Source of the DNA: an uncultured Actinomycetes bacterium
Lineage (GTDB): Bacteria > Actinomycetota > UBA4738 > HRBIN12
DNA length: 64,000 bases
Assembly (NCBI GenBank): GCA_963832225.1
Contig: CAWHTI010000013.1
Coordinates: 122,315 to 186,314 of the forward strand
Reading direction: 5' to 3'
The position numbers and the translations under genes are program-made. The notes below the pieces were generated by a model. That model worked only from the letters and a program-made list of their open reading frames with translations, was not told the DNA's origin and made no database searches. Below, in pieces: positions 39,628 to 50,099 of this stretch. Position 1 is the first letter of the stretch. Every line of letters starts with the position of its first letter.

Positions 39628-39999
39628 GTGGACGCCGTGCCCATCATCGTCGCGATCGCGGTCGTCATCGCGATCGGCGGCCTGATCACCTTCATGTTGC
39701 GGCGCTCCGTGCGGGAGACGCGGGCCGGCGCCGTGCCCGCCGCGGACGCGGCCGAGGCCGAGCCCCTCAGCACCCTGGACGAGCGCTTCCGGCTGCTCTC
39801 GTTCCAGGGCGGTTCGCAGCCGGCCGATCTTGGCCCGATGCTGGACGAGCTCCGTCGCAACGGCATCGAGGTCGACGAGGAGACGCTGCGCCGCAAGCTC
39901 GCCGAGCGTGCATCCGCGACCGGGGAGCAGCCGGGCGAGCCGGGCGAGCCCGGGGCGGCCGGCGGGCCCGATACGACCGGCGAGCCCGGCGGGCGCTAG
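39628..39999 (+). CDS. Small membrane-anchored hypothetical protein
   Basis: N-terminal TM (IIVAIAVVIAIGGLITFML); TACGGT 6 nt before GTG. Confidence 0.6.
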   Translation: MDAVPIIVAIAVVIAIGGLITFMLRRSVRETRAGAVPAADAAEAEPLSTLDERFRLLSFQGGSQPADLGPMLDELRRNGIEVDEETLRRKLAERASATGEQPGEPGEPGAAGGPDTTGEPGGR

Positions 40000-41228
40000 C
40001 CCCCGGACCCGGGCTCGGGGGCGCCGGACCCGGCGGGCGTCGCCTCCCCCACCAGGAAGTGCTCACCGGTCGAGCGCACCTGGGCATCCCATCCGAGCTC
40101 GCTCAGCGTCGCCATCAGGTCGCGGGGATGCCAGAACAGTTTCACGATCGAGAACGCCTCCTCGGTGTCGAACGAGCGCCGGTTCGCGATCGGCACGTCC
40201 TCGACGGTGTCGCCCGAGTACGGCCGGCCCGGGCCGGCAACGTCGTCGCAGAACCAGACCCGACCGCCCGGAGCCAGCCACCCACGCAACGCCGTCCAGA
40301 ACGCCGGAAGCCGATCCGGTGGCACGTGCGACAGGAAGAAGCCGAACGCGATCAGGTCGAACCGCTCGCCGGCCGGCGGGGACCATGCGAAGAGGTCGGC
40401 CTGCTCGTACTCGACGCGCGGGTCCGCGACGATCTCGCGGTTCCGCGAGAGCATCGCGGGCGAGGCGTCGACGGCGACGAGACGCGCCGCCTTCGGGGCG
40501 AGGTGGCGCGTCCACAGTCCGGTGCCGCACGCGAGCTCGAGGACCCGCACGCCGGTGGTGTCGGGGACGGCCGCCTCCAGCGCGGCGGTCTCGCGGAACC
40601 ACCGCTCGTTGAGATCCGCGCCGAGGTCGTATCGACCCTCGCGGTACCAGAGCTGGTCGTACACCGGCGCGCGCCGCTCGTAGTAGCGGACCTGCTCGGC
40701 GAGCAGGTCGTCGACGACGCCGGGGGGCGCCGCGAGCGGCCGGCGCAGCGTCTCCGTCTGCAGGCCGGAGCCCGGCCGCAGCACGCCGCGGATCCCGGTC
40801 GGCGCGAACCCCACGCGGCCGTACAGGCGGGTCGCCGTGGCGTTGTCCTGGACCACGCAGAGCTCGAGGCGGTCGGCGCCGGTCCCCGCGGCCCAGGCCG
40901 CGACGCTCTGCTCCAGAAGCTCCCCGACACCGCGGCGGCGTGCCGACGGATCGACCCACATCGCGTAGAGGTTGGCGAGGGACGGGTCCTCGCTCCACAC
41001 GACGCCCACCACGATGCCGATCCACGCGTCGTCGGCATCGGCGGCCACGAACGTCGCCTGGCGAGCCGCGCCGCTCCATCCGGTGATGAAGGCGCGCCAC
41101 TCGTCCTCGCCGGCGGCGGCCTCCCGATCGAACGTCGAGCCGAACGCATCCGGGTCCTCGCGCAGCGAGCGCAGGCGGAGATCGCGGACCCGCTCCCAGT
41201 CGTCGACCTCGGCGCGGAGGATCTGCAC
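39996..41228 (-). CDS. GNAT acetyltransferase fused to a class I SAM methyltransferase
   Basis: MWVDPSARRRGVG...LYGRVGF followed by YYERRA, VLELACGTG, FFLSHVP. Confidence 0.85.
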   Translation of the reverse strand: MQILRAEVDDWERVRDLRLRSLREDPDAFGSTFDREAAAGEDEWRAFITGWSGAARQATFVAADADDAWIGIVVGVVWSEDPSLANLYAMWVDPSARRRGVGELLEQSVAAWAAGTGADRLELCVVQDNATATRLYGRVGFAPTGIRGVLRPGSGLQTETLRRPLAAPPGVVDDLLAEQVRYYERRAPVYDQLWYREGRYDLGADLNERWFRETAALEAAVPDTTGVRVLELACGTGLWTRHLAPKAARLVAVDASPAMLSRNREIVADPRVEYEQADLFAWSPPAGERFDLIAFGFFLSHVPPDRLPAFWTALRGWLAPGGRVWFCDDVAGPGRPYSGDTVEDVPIANRRSFDTEEAFSIVKLFWHPRDLMATLSELGWDAQVRSTGEHFLVGEATPAGSGAPEPGSGG

Positions 41229-41258
41229 GACGTCGATGCTACCGGTGACGCGGTCGGC

Positions 41259-42200
41259 TCAGATCGGGCGAACCTCGGCCTGGGCTGCCAGGGCCACCGC
41301 GCGCGCGGGCTCCAGCCGCCCGGCTCCGGCCAACTCGGCGTTGGCCGAGGCCGCGCCGAGCGCCAGCTGCAGCGCCTCGCCCCAGTCGTCGCCCCTCCGG
41401 TCGAGCGCGACCACGAGGCCGGCCAGGAACGAGTCGCCGCTGCCGACCGGGTACCGCCCGCGCACGTACAGGCGCCCCTCCCAGCACGAGCCGTCGGGCG
41501 CCGCCAGGACCACGCCGTCCGCACCGCGGGTGACGAGGCCGGCGTGGCCCTCGCCGCCCGCTCGTTCACGGAGCTCGCGGGCGGCCGTCACGGCGCCGGC
41601 ACGCGTCTCGGTGCGCAGGTCGAGCAGCTCCCCGGCCTCGCGCGCGTTCACCTTCACGACATCGGGACCGCCCCACAGCGCGAACCGGAGCCGCTCCCCC
41701 TCCGCATCGAGCGCGACCTTCACGCCGGCGGCCCGGGCCTCGGCGACGACCTCGCGATAGCCCTCGATCGGCGCGCCGGGCGGCAGCGACCCGCTGATCG
41801 TGAGCCAGTCGGCGCCGGGGAGCAGCTCCGCAACCGCCTGCACCGTCTCCACCCAGGAGGCCTCCGGCACCTCCGAGCCGTGCTCGTAGAACTCGGTGAG
41901 GCCGCCGGTCGCGCGATCGGCCACCGACAACGACGCGCGGCTCTCGCCGTGCGTCCAGACGAACGCCCCACCGACCCCCTCGGCCGAGAGCATCTCCTCG
42001 AGCCACCTGCCCGTGTGACCACGCAGCATCGCGACGGCCCGCACGTGGCCGCCGAGCGCGTGTGCCGCCCGCGCCACGTTCAGGCCCTTGCCGCCCGCGA
42101 CCTGCACGAACCCGTCCGGACGATGGATGCTGCCGGGCAGCAGCCGCTCGATCTCGAACAGCTTGTCGACGCTGGGGTTCGCTGCGAGGCAGATGATCAC
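41259..42200 (-). CDS. 1-phosphofructokinase/tagatose-6-phosphate kinase family
   Basis: ANPSVD, GGKGLNVA, SGSLPPG, KVN..E, VGSGDSF. Confidence 0.88.
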   Translation of the reverse strand: MIICLAANPSVDKLFEIERLLPGSIHRPDGFVQVAGGKGLNVARAAHALGGHVRAVAMLRGHTGRWLEEMLSAEGVGGAFVWTHGESRASLSVADRATGGLTEFYEHGSEVPEASWVETVQAVAELLPGADWLTISGSLPPGAPIEGYREVVAEARAAGVKVALDAEGERLRFALWGGPDVVKVNAREAGELLDLRTETRAGAVTAARELRERAGGEGHAGLVTRGADGVVLAAPDGSCWEGRLYVRGRYPVGSGDSFLAGLVVALDRRGDDWGEALQLALGAASANAELAGAGRLEPARAVALAAQAEVRPI

Positions 42201-43150
42201 GGAGGGGCGAGCCTTCCCTCGATCTCGGGCAGTCGTTCGAGGGCCTCCTCCATGGTGGGCTGCGCCGCCACGCCGCCCGGCCGCTCGCGTGGAGAGGCCG
42301 CCGCAGATGTTCGCCAGCGCGAGGCACCGCTCCAGCGGCCAGCCCGCGAGATGTCCGGCGATGAACCCGGCGTCGAACGTGTCGCCGGCGCCGGTGGTGT
42401 CGGTCACCGCCACCTGGATGCCCGGGACGCGGGTCGCGACCTCGCCGCGAACGACCATGCCGCCGCCGTCGCCGAACTTGATCGCGACGATGCCCCCGCG
42501 GCCCGCCAGGCTCTCCGCCGCCACGTCGATGTCGTCGATCCCCGTGATCGCCCGCGCCTCCGCGGAGTTCGGCAGGAACAGGTCCGTCACGGTGAGGAGG
42601 TTCAGCACGTCGCCGTCCCAGCGCTCCTCCGGGATCCCAGTTGGGATCGATCGACGTCGAGGTCCCGGCGGCGTGCATCTCCGCGAACAGCGACGGCAGG
42701 TCGGCCAGGAGGGAGCGCTGCAGGAAGTAGGAGCTCACGTGCACGTGTCGCGCCGACGACAGCAGCTCCGGATCCACGAGGTCGCGGCGGAGGTCGCCGA
42801 TGGTCCCGAGCGCGGTGATGATCGCGCGATCCTCGCCGCGCGACAGCACCACGGTGATCGCCGGTCGGCCGGTGGTCGTCGATGGAGATCCCGCGGACGT
42901 CGACCCCGCGCGCCCCCAGCTCGTCCTGCATGAACCGGCCGAACGGATCGTCGCCCACCACGCCGGCGAATCCCACCCGCAGACCGAGCTTGGCGGCGGC
43001 GCACGCCATGATGGCGCCGGAGCCGCCGACCGTGAGGGTGCCCGTGTCCACGAGGCGTTCGGCCTGCCCGAACGCCGGGGTCACGTCCCCGCCGTGCAGC
43101 ACCAGATCGGGGTTCGCGTCGCCCAGCACCAGCAGATCGAGATCGGCCAT
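42197..43150 (-). CDS. PfkB family carbohydrate kinase, frameshifted
   Basis: GGSGAI.A, VGDDPFG, PNSAEA, DTTGAGDTF. Confidence 0.87.
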
Positions 43151-43170
43151 GGGGTGGCTACGATACCCGC

Positions 43171-43693
43171 ATGCCCTCCATCGTTCTCGTGCGGGGCGAC
43201 CTCACGGAGCAGGCCGTCGACGCGGTGGTGAACGCGGCGAACAGCGGGCTGTTGGGCGGCGGCGGGGTGGACGGCGCGATCCACCGGCGCGGGGGCCCGG
43301 CGATCCTCGAGGCCTGCCGCGCGCTGCGTCGCACCGAGCTGCCGGACGGGCTGCCCACCGGAGAGGCCGTGGCCACGACCGCGGGCGACCTGCCGGCGCG
43401 TTGGGTGATCCACACGGTCGGACCCGTGCACGCGCGCGAGGCCGACCCGGCCCGGCTGCTGGCCGCATGCCACACGAACGCGCTGCGCGTGGCCGACGAG
43501 GTGGGGGCGCGCACGGTCGCGTTCCCGGCCATCTCCACGGGCGCGTACGGCTACCCGGTGGACGATGCCGCGCGGGTCGCCGTCGCGACGGTCGCGGCCG
43601 CCTCCACCGACGTCGACGAGGTGCGGTTCGTGCTGTTCGACGAGGCTGCCGTTGCGGCCTATCCGCCGCGCCGCTGCTACGCTTCCCGCATGA
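43171..43693 (+). CDS. Macro domain protein (O-acetyl-ADP-ribose deacetylase, YmdB-like)
   Basis: GDLT, VNAAN, GGGGVDGAIH, IHTVGP, PAISTG.YG; end inferred after a 1-nt correction. Confidence 0.9.
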
Positions 43694-44021
43694 GCGACCT
43701 CAGCACGCCGAAGGGCGCCTACGACGAGCTCGATCGGATCCAGCTCGTCGACTGCCGCGAGCAGTACGAGTGGGACGCCGGCCGCGTGGAGGGACGGTCC
43801 ACATCCCCCTGAACGACATCATGGACGGCGCGGGGGGAGACCTCTCCCCCGACCGGCCGATCGTCGTGATCTGCCGGTCCGGCAATCGCAGCGAGCTCGC
43901 CACGGTGATGCTGCAGGCCCGCGGGTTCGACGCGACCAACCTGGAGGGTGGCATCGAGGCGTGGGTCGGCGACGGACTGCCGATCGAGGGCCCCGACGGC
44001 GCACCCGGCCGCGTCGCCTGA
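43690..44021 (+). CDS. Rhodanese-like domain protein, one frameshift
   Basis: LVDCRE..EW..G, HIPL, ICRSGNRS, NLEGG. Confidence 0.85.
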
Positions 44022-44066
44022 CGCCGACGCCTGAAGCCGTCGTCCGGCCGCGTCGCCCGAACCGCT

Positions 44067-44564
44067 TCAGTGACACCCGTCGAACGAGAAGTGCCCGGGA
44101 TCCGTGTCCGGCACGGACTGGCACCAGCCGGCCGCCTCGAGCGCCCTCGGGATCCTCGGGTCGTCCAGCCCCTCCTGGGTGATGTCGATGGCGGCGCCGA
44201 GCTGGTGCCACGACAGGCCCGGCGGCGCGCACGTGCCCGCGCACCCGTTCGCGTCGCCGCAGATGTCGGTGCACGCGATCCGCTGCCGGCGGCAGGACCG
44301 GTAGCTCTCGACCACCTCGATCGTCACGCCCGCCTCGCGCTGCGCGTCCTGGAAGGCCGTCAGGGCGGCGGGTTGCAGTGTCACACCCTGCCAGGTCCGC
44401 ATGGGCGGGCGCTCCGCACACGCGTCGTCCGGGATCGCGATCGCGCCCCCGTGCAGCGTCGTCGAGATCGCGACCCCGGCCACGGCCAGGACCGCCAGCG
44501 TGCCAGCGATCACGATGCGCCGCCCGCGGGTGGTGAGGTGGGCGCGCTGATGCCTGCCGGCCAT
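44067..44564 (-). CDS. M15B/VanY-type D,D-carboxypeptidase-like protein
   Basis: TM, SYRS, APPGLSWHQLGAAIDI, DPGHF. Confidence 0.75.
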   Translation of the reverse strand: MAGRHQRAHLTTRGRRIVIAGTLAVLAVAGVAISTTLHGGAIAIPDDACAERPPMRTWQGVTLQPAALTAFQDAQREAGVTIEVVESYRSCRRQRIACTDICGDANGCAGTCAPPGLSWHQLGAAIDITQEGLDDPRIPRALEAAGWCQSVPDTDPGHFSFDGCH

Positions 44565-44613
44565 CCCCGACCCTACCGCGGGACTCGCCGGCGGGCGGCG
44601 TAGCCTAGCTGCC

Positions 44614-46096
44614 ATGGCGGACGTGGAGGCGGCGCGACGCGCCCTCGAGGACGCACTGGGAGCCGACCGCGTGCACGGCGACCCGCTGACCCGGCGCCTC
44701 TACGCCCGGGACGCCTCCATGGTCGAGGGGTCGTGCGAGCTCGTGGCGTTCCCGCGGTCCACGCAGGACGTCGTGGCGTGCGTGCGTGCCGCGGCCGACC
44801 ACGGCCTCGCGGTCGTGCCGCGCGGATCGGGCACCGGGCTCGCCGGCGCGTCCACCCCCATCGGCGACGCGCTCGTCGTCGTGACGACGAAGATGACCGC
44901 GGTCCTCGAGGTCCGCCCCGAGGATCGCCTCGCGTGGGTCGAGCCAGGCGTGCCGAACCTCGACCTGTCGGCCGCGCTGCAGCCGCACGGGTTCACGTTC
45001 GCGCCCGACCCGTCGAGCCAGCAGACCTCCTCGATCGGCGGCAACGTGAACACGAACGCCGGCGGCCCGCACTGCCTCGCGTACGGAGTGACCTCCGCCC
45101 ACGTGCTGGCGCTCGAGGTCGTGCTCCCGAACGGCGACGTGGTCCGCGTCGGGTCCGAGGCGCCGGAGTTCGCTGGGCTCGACCTGCGCGGCGTTGTCGT
45201 GGGATCGGAGGGGACGCTCGGGATCGTCACGGCGGTGTGCGTCCGGCTCACGCCCCTGCCCGCCGCGGTTCGGACGATGCTGCTCGACTTCACCACCGTC
45301 AACGACTGCGCGGCCACCGTGACCGGCATCCTCGCCCGCGGCGTGGTGCCGGCGGCGGTGGAGATGATGGACCACGGGATCGTGGTCGCCGCCGAGCGCT
45401 TCGCACACGCGGGCTACCCGACGGACGCCGCCGCGATCCTGATCGTCGAGGTCGACGGCACGCCGGACGGCGGTGGACGCCCAGGCCGCGGAGGTCGAGG
45501 CGGCCGCGGCGGCGAACGCCGTCCGCACGATCCGCGTGGCGGCCGACGACGCGGAGCGCGCGCTCCTGTGGAAGGGCCGCAAGTCGGCGTTCGGCGCCGT
45601 GGCGCAGATCGCGCCCCACTACCACCTGCACGACTGCGTGGTGCCGCGCGGAGCGCTCGTCGACGTCCTGGCCGGCATCTACGAGATCTGCCGCCGCCAC
45701 GACCTGATCGTCACGAACGTGTTCCACGCGGGCGACGGCAACCTCCACCCGCTGATCTCGTTCGACCGCGGCGTGCCGGGCACGTTGGAGCGCGTGCTGG
45801 AGGCGAGCGAGGAGATCGTCCGGCTCTGCGTCGACGCCGGCGGCGCCCTCAGCGGCGAGCACGGGATCGGGCTGGAGAAGCGCGACTTCATGTCGTGGGT
45901 GTTCACGCCGGAGGACCTCGCGGCCCAGGCCTGCGTCCGGTCGGCCTTCGACCCCGACGGCATGATGAACCCGCAGAAGGTGCTGCCCGCCGGCGCGCGG
46001 TGCGGCGATTTCGCGGTGGCGGCGGCGGGAGCCTTGGGCGGAGCCGGCGACGCCGCGGCGGCGGCCGCGAGCCTGCCGGAGGGCTCGTGGATCTGA
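44614..46096 (+). CDS. glcD: FAD-linked oxidase, GlcD-like, frameshift near 45470
   Basis: PRGSGTGLAG, PDPSSQ, GSEGTLG, FHAGDGNLHP, SGEHGIG, NPQK. Confidence 0.85.
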
Positions 46097-47169
46097 TCCA
46101 CCCCACGTCGCGGGCGGAGGTCGAGGCGGCTCTGCGCGACGCCAGCGCGGACGGCCGGCGCGTGCAGCTCGTGGGCGGACGCACGCACGCGGGCCGCGCC
46201 GCGATCCGCGGGGCCGACGCCGAGCTGTGGACCACGCAGCTGGATCGCACGATCGCCTACGACCCGGCCGAGATGATCGCGGTGGTGGAGGCCGGCGTGC
46301 GCGTCGGCGAGCTGCAGCGGCTCCTGGGCGAGGGAGGTCAGGAGTGGGCGGTCGACGCGCAGGCCCAGGCCACCGTGGGCGGCGTGATCGCGACGGGCGT
46401 GTCGAGCCTGCGGCGGCTGCGCGTGGGTCACGTCCGGGACACCGTGGTGGAGCTGGACCTGGTGACCGGAGACGGGCGGGCGGTGCGAAGCGGCGCGCGC
46501 ACCGTGAAGAACGTGACGGGGTTCGACATCCACCGCCTCGCGACCGGCTCGCTCGGCTCGCTGGGCGCGATCGTGCAGGTCGCCCTCAAGGTCCGGCCCC
46601 TGCCGCAGTCGCGCCGGACCCTCGTGCACGCCGGGCCGGGCGGTCTGGAGCTGGGACGCGAGCTCCTGCACGCCGTGCCCGCGGCGGCAGCGGTGCTGGC
46701 CTCGCCGGACCGGGTCGAGCTGCGGCTCGAGGGGTGGACGGCGGAGGTGGAGGCGCTGACCGCGTCGGCTCGCGCGATCGTCGACGATGTCGTCGGCGAT
46801 CTGGATGTCCTCGACGACGGCGCGTTCCCGGCGCGCCCGATCGACGATGCGCCGATCGTGGCGGAGGCCGCCGTGCCGCCCTCGCGGATGGCCGCGCTTC
46901 TGGAGGGGCTCGAGGACTGGACCGCGCTCGTCGGGGTGGGACTCGCATGGGTGCGATTCGGTGACGACGGCGCCGGTGGCGTGGAGACCGTCCGCGAACG
47001 CGCCGTCGCCGCGGGCGGCACGGCGAGGGTGATCCGGGGATCGATCCCCGACGGCGTCGCGACGCCTCAGCTCCCAGCTCCCGAGGTCCACCGTCGCCTC
47101 AAGCGGGCGTTCGATCCGGCGGGGATCCTCGCGCCGCTGCCCGGCGCGGGAGCCGCCGCATCCGCCTGA
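46087..47169 (+). CDS. glcE: FAD-binding oxidase subunit, GlcE-like
   Basis: YDPAEM...AG, ATVGG, KNVTGFD, GSLGSLG, LKRAFDP. Confidence 0.8.
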   Translation: MDLIHPTSRAEVEAALRDASADGRRVQLVGGRTHAGRAAIRGADAELWTTQLDRTIAYDPAEMIAVVEAGVRVGELQRLLGEGGQEWAVDAQAQATVGGVIATGVSSLRRLRVGHVRDTVVELDLVTGDGRAVRSGARTVKNVTGFDIHRLATGSLGSLGAIVQVALKVRPLPQSRRTLVHAGPGGLELGRELLHAVPAAAAVLASPDRVELRLEGWTAEVEALTASARAIVDDVVGDLDVLDDGAFPARPIDDAPIVAEAAVPPSRMAALLEGLEDWTALVGVGLAWVRFGDDGAGGVETVRERAVAAGGTARVIRGSIPDGVATPQLPAPEVHRRLKRAFDPAGILAPLPGAGAAASA

Positions 47170-47202
47170 GGACGGCCTTCGGTCGAGACCGGCCGCCACG
47201 GG

Positions 47203-48363
47203 TCAGAGCGAGCGCAGCCGGTCGCCGGCGGCCTGGAGCGTCTCGAGGCGCTTGCAGAACGCGAACCGCAGCAGCCGGGACCCCTCGGACGGGTCCGCGA
47301 AGAACGACGAGCCGGGGACGGTCGCGACGCCGGCCTCCTCGACGAGTCGCCGCGCGGTGGCGACGTCGTCGCCGAGTCGCAGGTGCGAGCAGTCAGCCAT
47401 CACGTAGTAGGCGCCCGCCGGCGGCGCGGCGATCTCGAACCCGGTCTCCGCGAGGATCGACAGCATGAGGTCGCGGCGCTCGGCGTACTCCGCGGCCATC
47501 CGTTCGTGATACGCATCCGGCAGGCCGAGGGCCACGACGCCGGCGATCTGGAAGGGCGCCGCGGCGGCCACGGTGAGGAAGTCGTGGACCGGGCGGATCC
47601 CGGCCATGAGCGCCGGCTGCGCGATCGCCCATCCGACGCGCCATCCGGTGACCGAGTACGTCTTGCTGAGGGCGCTGATCGTCACCGTGCGCTCGGCCAT
47701 CCCCGGCAGCGTCGCGATCGGCACGTGCTCGACGCCGTCGTACGTGATGTGCTCGTAGATCTCGTCGGTGAGCGCGACTCCGTCGTATTGCACACAGAGC
47801 TCGGCCAGCACCGACAGCTCCTCGCGGGAGAAGACCTTGCCCGTCGGGTTGTTCGGCGTGTTGATCACCACCGCCCGCGTGCGGGGCCCGAACGCGGCGC
47901 GCACCTCGGACTCGTCGAACGACCAGTCCGGTGGGCGCAGCGTCACGAGTCGCGTCACCGCGCCGGCGATGATCGCATCGGGCCGGTAGTTCTCGTAGAA
48001 CGGCTCGAAGACCACGACCTCGTCGCCGGGATCCAGGATGCCGACCATGGCCGCCACCATGGCCTCGGTCGAGCCGCACGTGACGCAGATCTCGCGCTGC
48101 GGGTCGACGTCCATGCCGTAGATCGCGGCGTATCGCGCGGCGATCGCCTCGCGGAAGGCCGGCACGCCCCACGTCACGGGGTACTGGTTGTGATCCTCGG
48201 CGATCGCGTGGGTGGCGGCGTCCTTCAGCTCCTGCGGCGCCGGGAAGTCCGGGAACCCCTGCCCCAGGTTGATCGCGCCGTGGAGATCAGCGAGACGCGT
48301 CATCTCGCGGATCACCGACTCGGTGAACGACGACGCCCTCGCCGACGCGCGGATGTTCGACAT
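47203..48363 (-). CDS. Class I/II PLP aminotransferase (YbdL/kynurenine-methionine type)
   Basis: INLGQGFPD, NTPNNPTG, DEIYE, SKTYSVTGWRVG, RFAFCK. Confidence 0.9.
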   Translation of the reverse strand: MSNIRASARASSFTESVIREMTRLADLHGAINLGQGFPDFPAPQELKDAATHAIAEDHNQYPVTWGVPAFREAIAARYAAIYGMDVDPQREICVTCGSTEAMVAAMVGILDPGDEVVVFEPFYENYRPDAIIAGAVTRLVTLRPPDWSFDESEVRAAFGPRTRAVVINTPNNPTGKVFSREELSVLAELCVQYDGVALTDEIYEHITYDGVEHVPIATLPGMAERTVTISALSKTYSVTGWRVGWAIAQPALMAGIRPVHDFLTVAAAAPFQIAGVVALGLPDAYHERMAAEYAERRDLMLSILAETGFEIAAPPAGAYYVMADCSHLRLGDDVATARRLVEEAGVATVPGSSFFADPSEGSRLLRFAFCKRLETLQAAGDRLRSL

Positions 48364-48404
48364 GTGCGGCGGATGCTACCCGCTGGCCCCACCTCGGTGA
48401 CGCG

Positions 48405-49223
48405 TCACAGGGCGCTGCGGAGCGCCCACAGCTCGGGGAAGCAGCGCTTCCCGAGGGTGCTGCGGAGATAGCCGACCCCGCTGGAGCCGCCGGTGCCCGT
48501 CTTCGCGCCGATCTGCCGCTCCACCATGAGGACGTGCGCCGAGCGCCAGGTCGCCACCCCCTCGTCGTGGTCCAGCAGGCCCTCGCTCACGGCGAACAGG
48601 TCGGGCCGGTCACGAGCCATCGTCACCAGCGAGGCCGTCCGGACGCCCTCCTCCGCCGGCTCGTCCCCTGGCGGCATCGGCAGGCCGTGGTCGGTCAGCA
48701 GCGCGCAGAACCCGTCCCACACCGAGGGCTCCTCCAGGCGGCGCAGCAGCCGGTCGCGCTCGTCCGGCGTGGCGGCCAGGTCGTCCAGGAACCGCGCGTC
48801 CTTCAGTCCGGAGACGAACTCGATCTCGCGGAACTGGACGGACTGGAAGCCGCTCGCCGGCGTGAGCAGCGATCGGAACGCCAGGAAGTCCTGGGGTGAC
48901 ATCGAGCGCAGGACCTCGATGTGCTCGACCAGTACCCGTTCGATCGCCTTCACCCGCACGAGGTAGTGGCGGGCGCGCTCCATGTCGCCGTCGAACAGCC
49001 GATCGCGGATCGCCTCGAGCTCGAACAGCAGTTGGCGGAACCACAGCTCGTAGGCCTGGTGCACGACGATGAACAGCAGCTCGTCGTGGACCGGCGGATC
49101 CGACCGGAGCTGCTGGAGGCGCAGGAGATCGGGGATCTTCAGGTACGAGCCGTACGACAGCAGGCCCTCGTCGTCGGCGGAGGTGAGGCGGCCGAACCGC
49201 CGCTCGCGACCCTCGCCCGCCAT
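48405..49223 (-). CDS. kynA: Tryptophan 2,3-dioxygenase
   Basis: YGSYL, HDELLFIVVHQAYELWF, ASGFQSVQFR, VERQIG.KTGTGGSSG, FPELW. Confidence 0.95.
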   Translation of the reverse strand: MAGEGRERRFGRLTSADDEGLLSYGSYLKIPDLLRLQQLRSDPPVHDELLFIVVHQAYELWFRQLLFELEAIRDRLFDGDMERARHYLVRVKAIERVLVEHIEVLRSMSPQDFLAFRSLLTPASGFQSVQFREIEFVSGLKDARFLDDLAATPDERDRLLRRLEEPSVWDGFCALLTDHGLPMPPGDEPAEEGVRTASLVTMARDRPDLFAVSEGLLDHDEGVATWRSAHVLMVERQIGAKTGTGGSSGVGYLRSTLGKRCFPELWALRSAL

Positions 49224-49280
49224 GGACCGACGGTAGGCAGCGGTGCCGGACGCGTCAAACCGCGGACTAGCATTCCGGCC

Positions 49281-50087
49281 ATGGTCTCGGAGATCCCGCT
49301 CGAGGGCGGCGTCGCGCACCCCGGCGCGGTCGTCCGCGTCGGCGACACCGTGCGGCGCCCGGTGGGCCCGCACAGCGCCGCCGTGCACGCGCTGCTGCGG
49401 CATCTCCGCGCCGCGGGCTTCGACGGCGTGCCCGAGGTCCTCGGCACGGACGATCGGGGTCGCGAGGTGCTCTCGTACCTGCCCGGCGACGTGCCGGTCC
49501 CGCCGTATCCCCCGTGGGCGCTGCGCGATGGGACCCTCGCGAGCGTCGCGCGGCTGCTGGGTCGCTATCACGAGGCGGTCGCCGGGTTCGATCCGGGAGG
49601 ACGGCCATGGTCGACCGAGCTCGCCGACCCCGAGGGCGGGCCGATCGCGACCCACAACGACGTCTGCCCCGAGAACGTGGTGTTCCGCGACGGCGAGGCC
49701 GTCGGCCTGCTCGACTTCGACTTCGTGGCGCCGGGACGGGCGCTGAGCGACGTGGCGAGCACGATCTCCATGTGGGCGCCGCTGCGCGATCCGCGCACGG
49801 TGTCGCCGGACCGGGCGGCGCTGGACCCGTTCACCCGCGCGCGCGTCTTCTGTGACGCGTACGGCGTGACGACCGCAGAGCGGCAGGAGCTGCTGGAGAT
49901 GTGGCCGCGAATGCGCCGGCGCGGGATCGCGTTCGTGCGCCGCCACGTCGACGCGGGTGAGACCGCCTTCGTCGAGATGTGGGAGGCCGCCGGCGGCGAG
50001 GAGGGCGAGCGCCGCAACCTCGCGTGGATCGACGGCAACGTGGAGCGGCTGCGGACGGCGTTGAGCGAACCGCCCCCGACGACGTGA
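49281..50087 (+). CDS. Aminoglycoside-phosphotransferase-like kinase
   Basis: VVRVGDTVRRP, HNDVCPENVVF, LDFD. Confidence 0.85.
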   Translation: MVSEIPLEGGVAHPGAVVRVGDTVRRPVGPHSAAVHALLRHLRAAGFDGVPEVLGTDDRGREVLSYLPGDVPVPPYPPWALRDGTLASVARLLGRYHEAVAGFDPGGRPWSTELADPEGGPIATHNDVCPENVVFRDGEAVGLLDFDFVAPGRALSDVASTISMWAPLRDPRTVSPDRAALDPFTRARVFCDAYGVTTAERQELLEMWPRMRRRGIAFVRRHVDAGETAFVEMWEAAGGEEGERRNLAWIDGNVERLRTALSEPPPTT

Positions 50088-50099
50088 GAGCATCGAACG

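Noticed and set aside
43171-44021. Apparent macrodomain-rhodanese fusion
   Set aside because: Removing one C near 43664 gives ...AAYRRAAATLPA* with a normal ATGA overlap, so an indel is the simpler explanation
44614-47169. 851-aa GlcD-GlcE fusion, and similarly the PfkB-PfkB joined ORF at 41259-42608
   Set aside because: The true C-terminal motifs and stops lie in other frames, so these are frameshift artefacts
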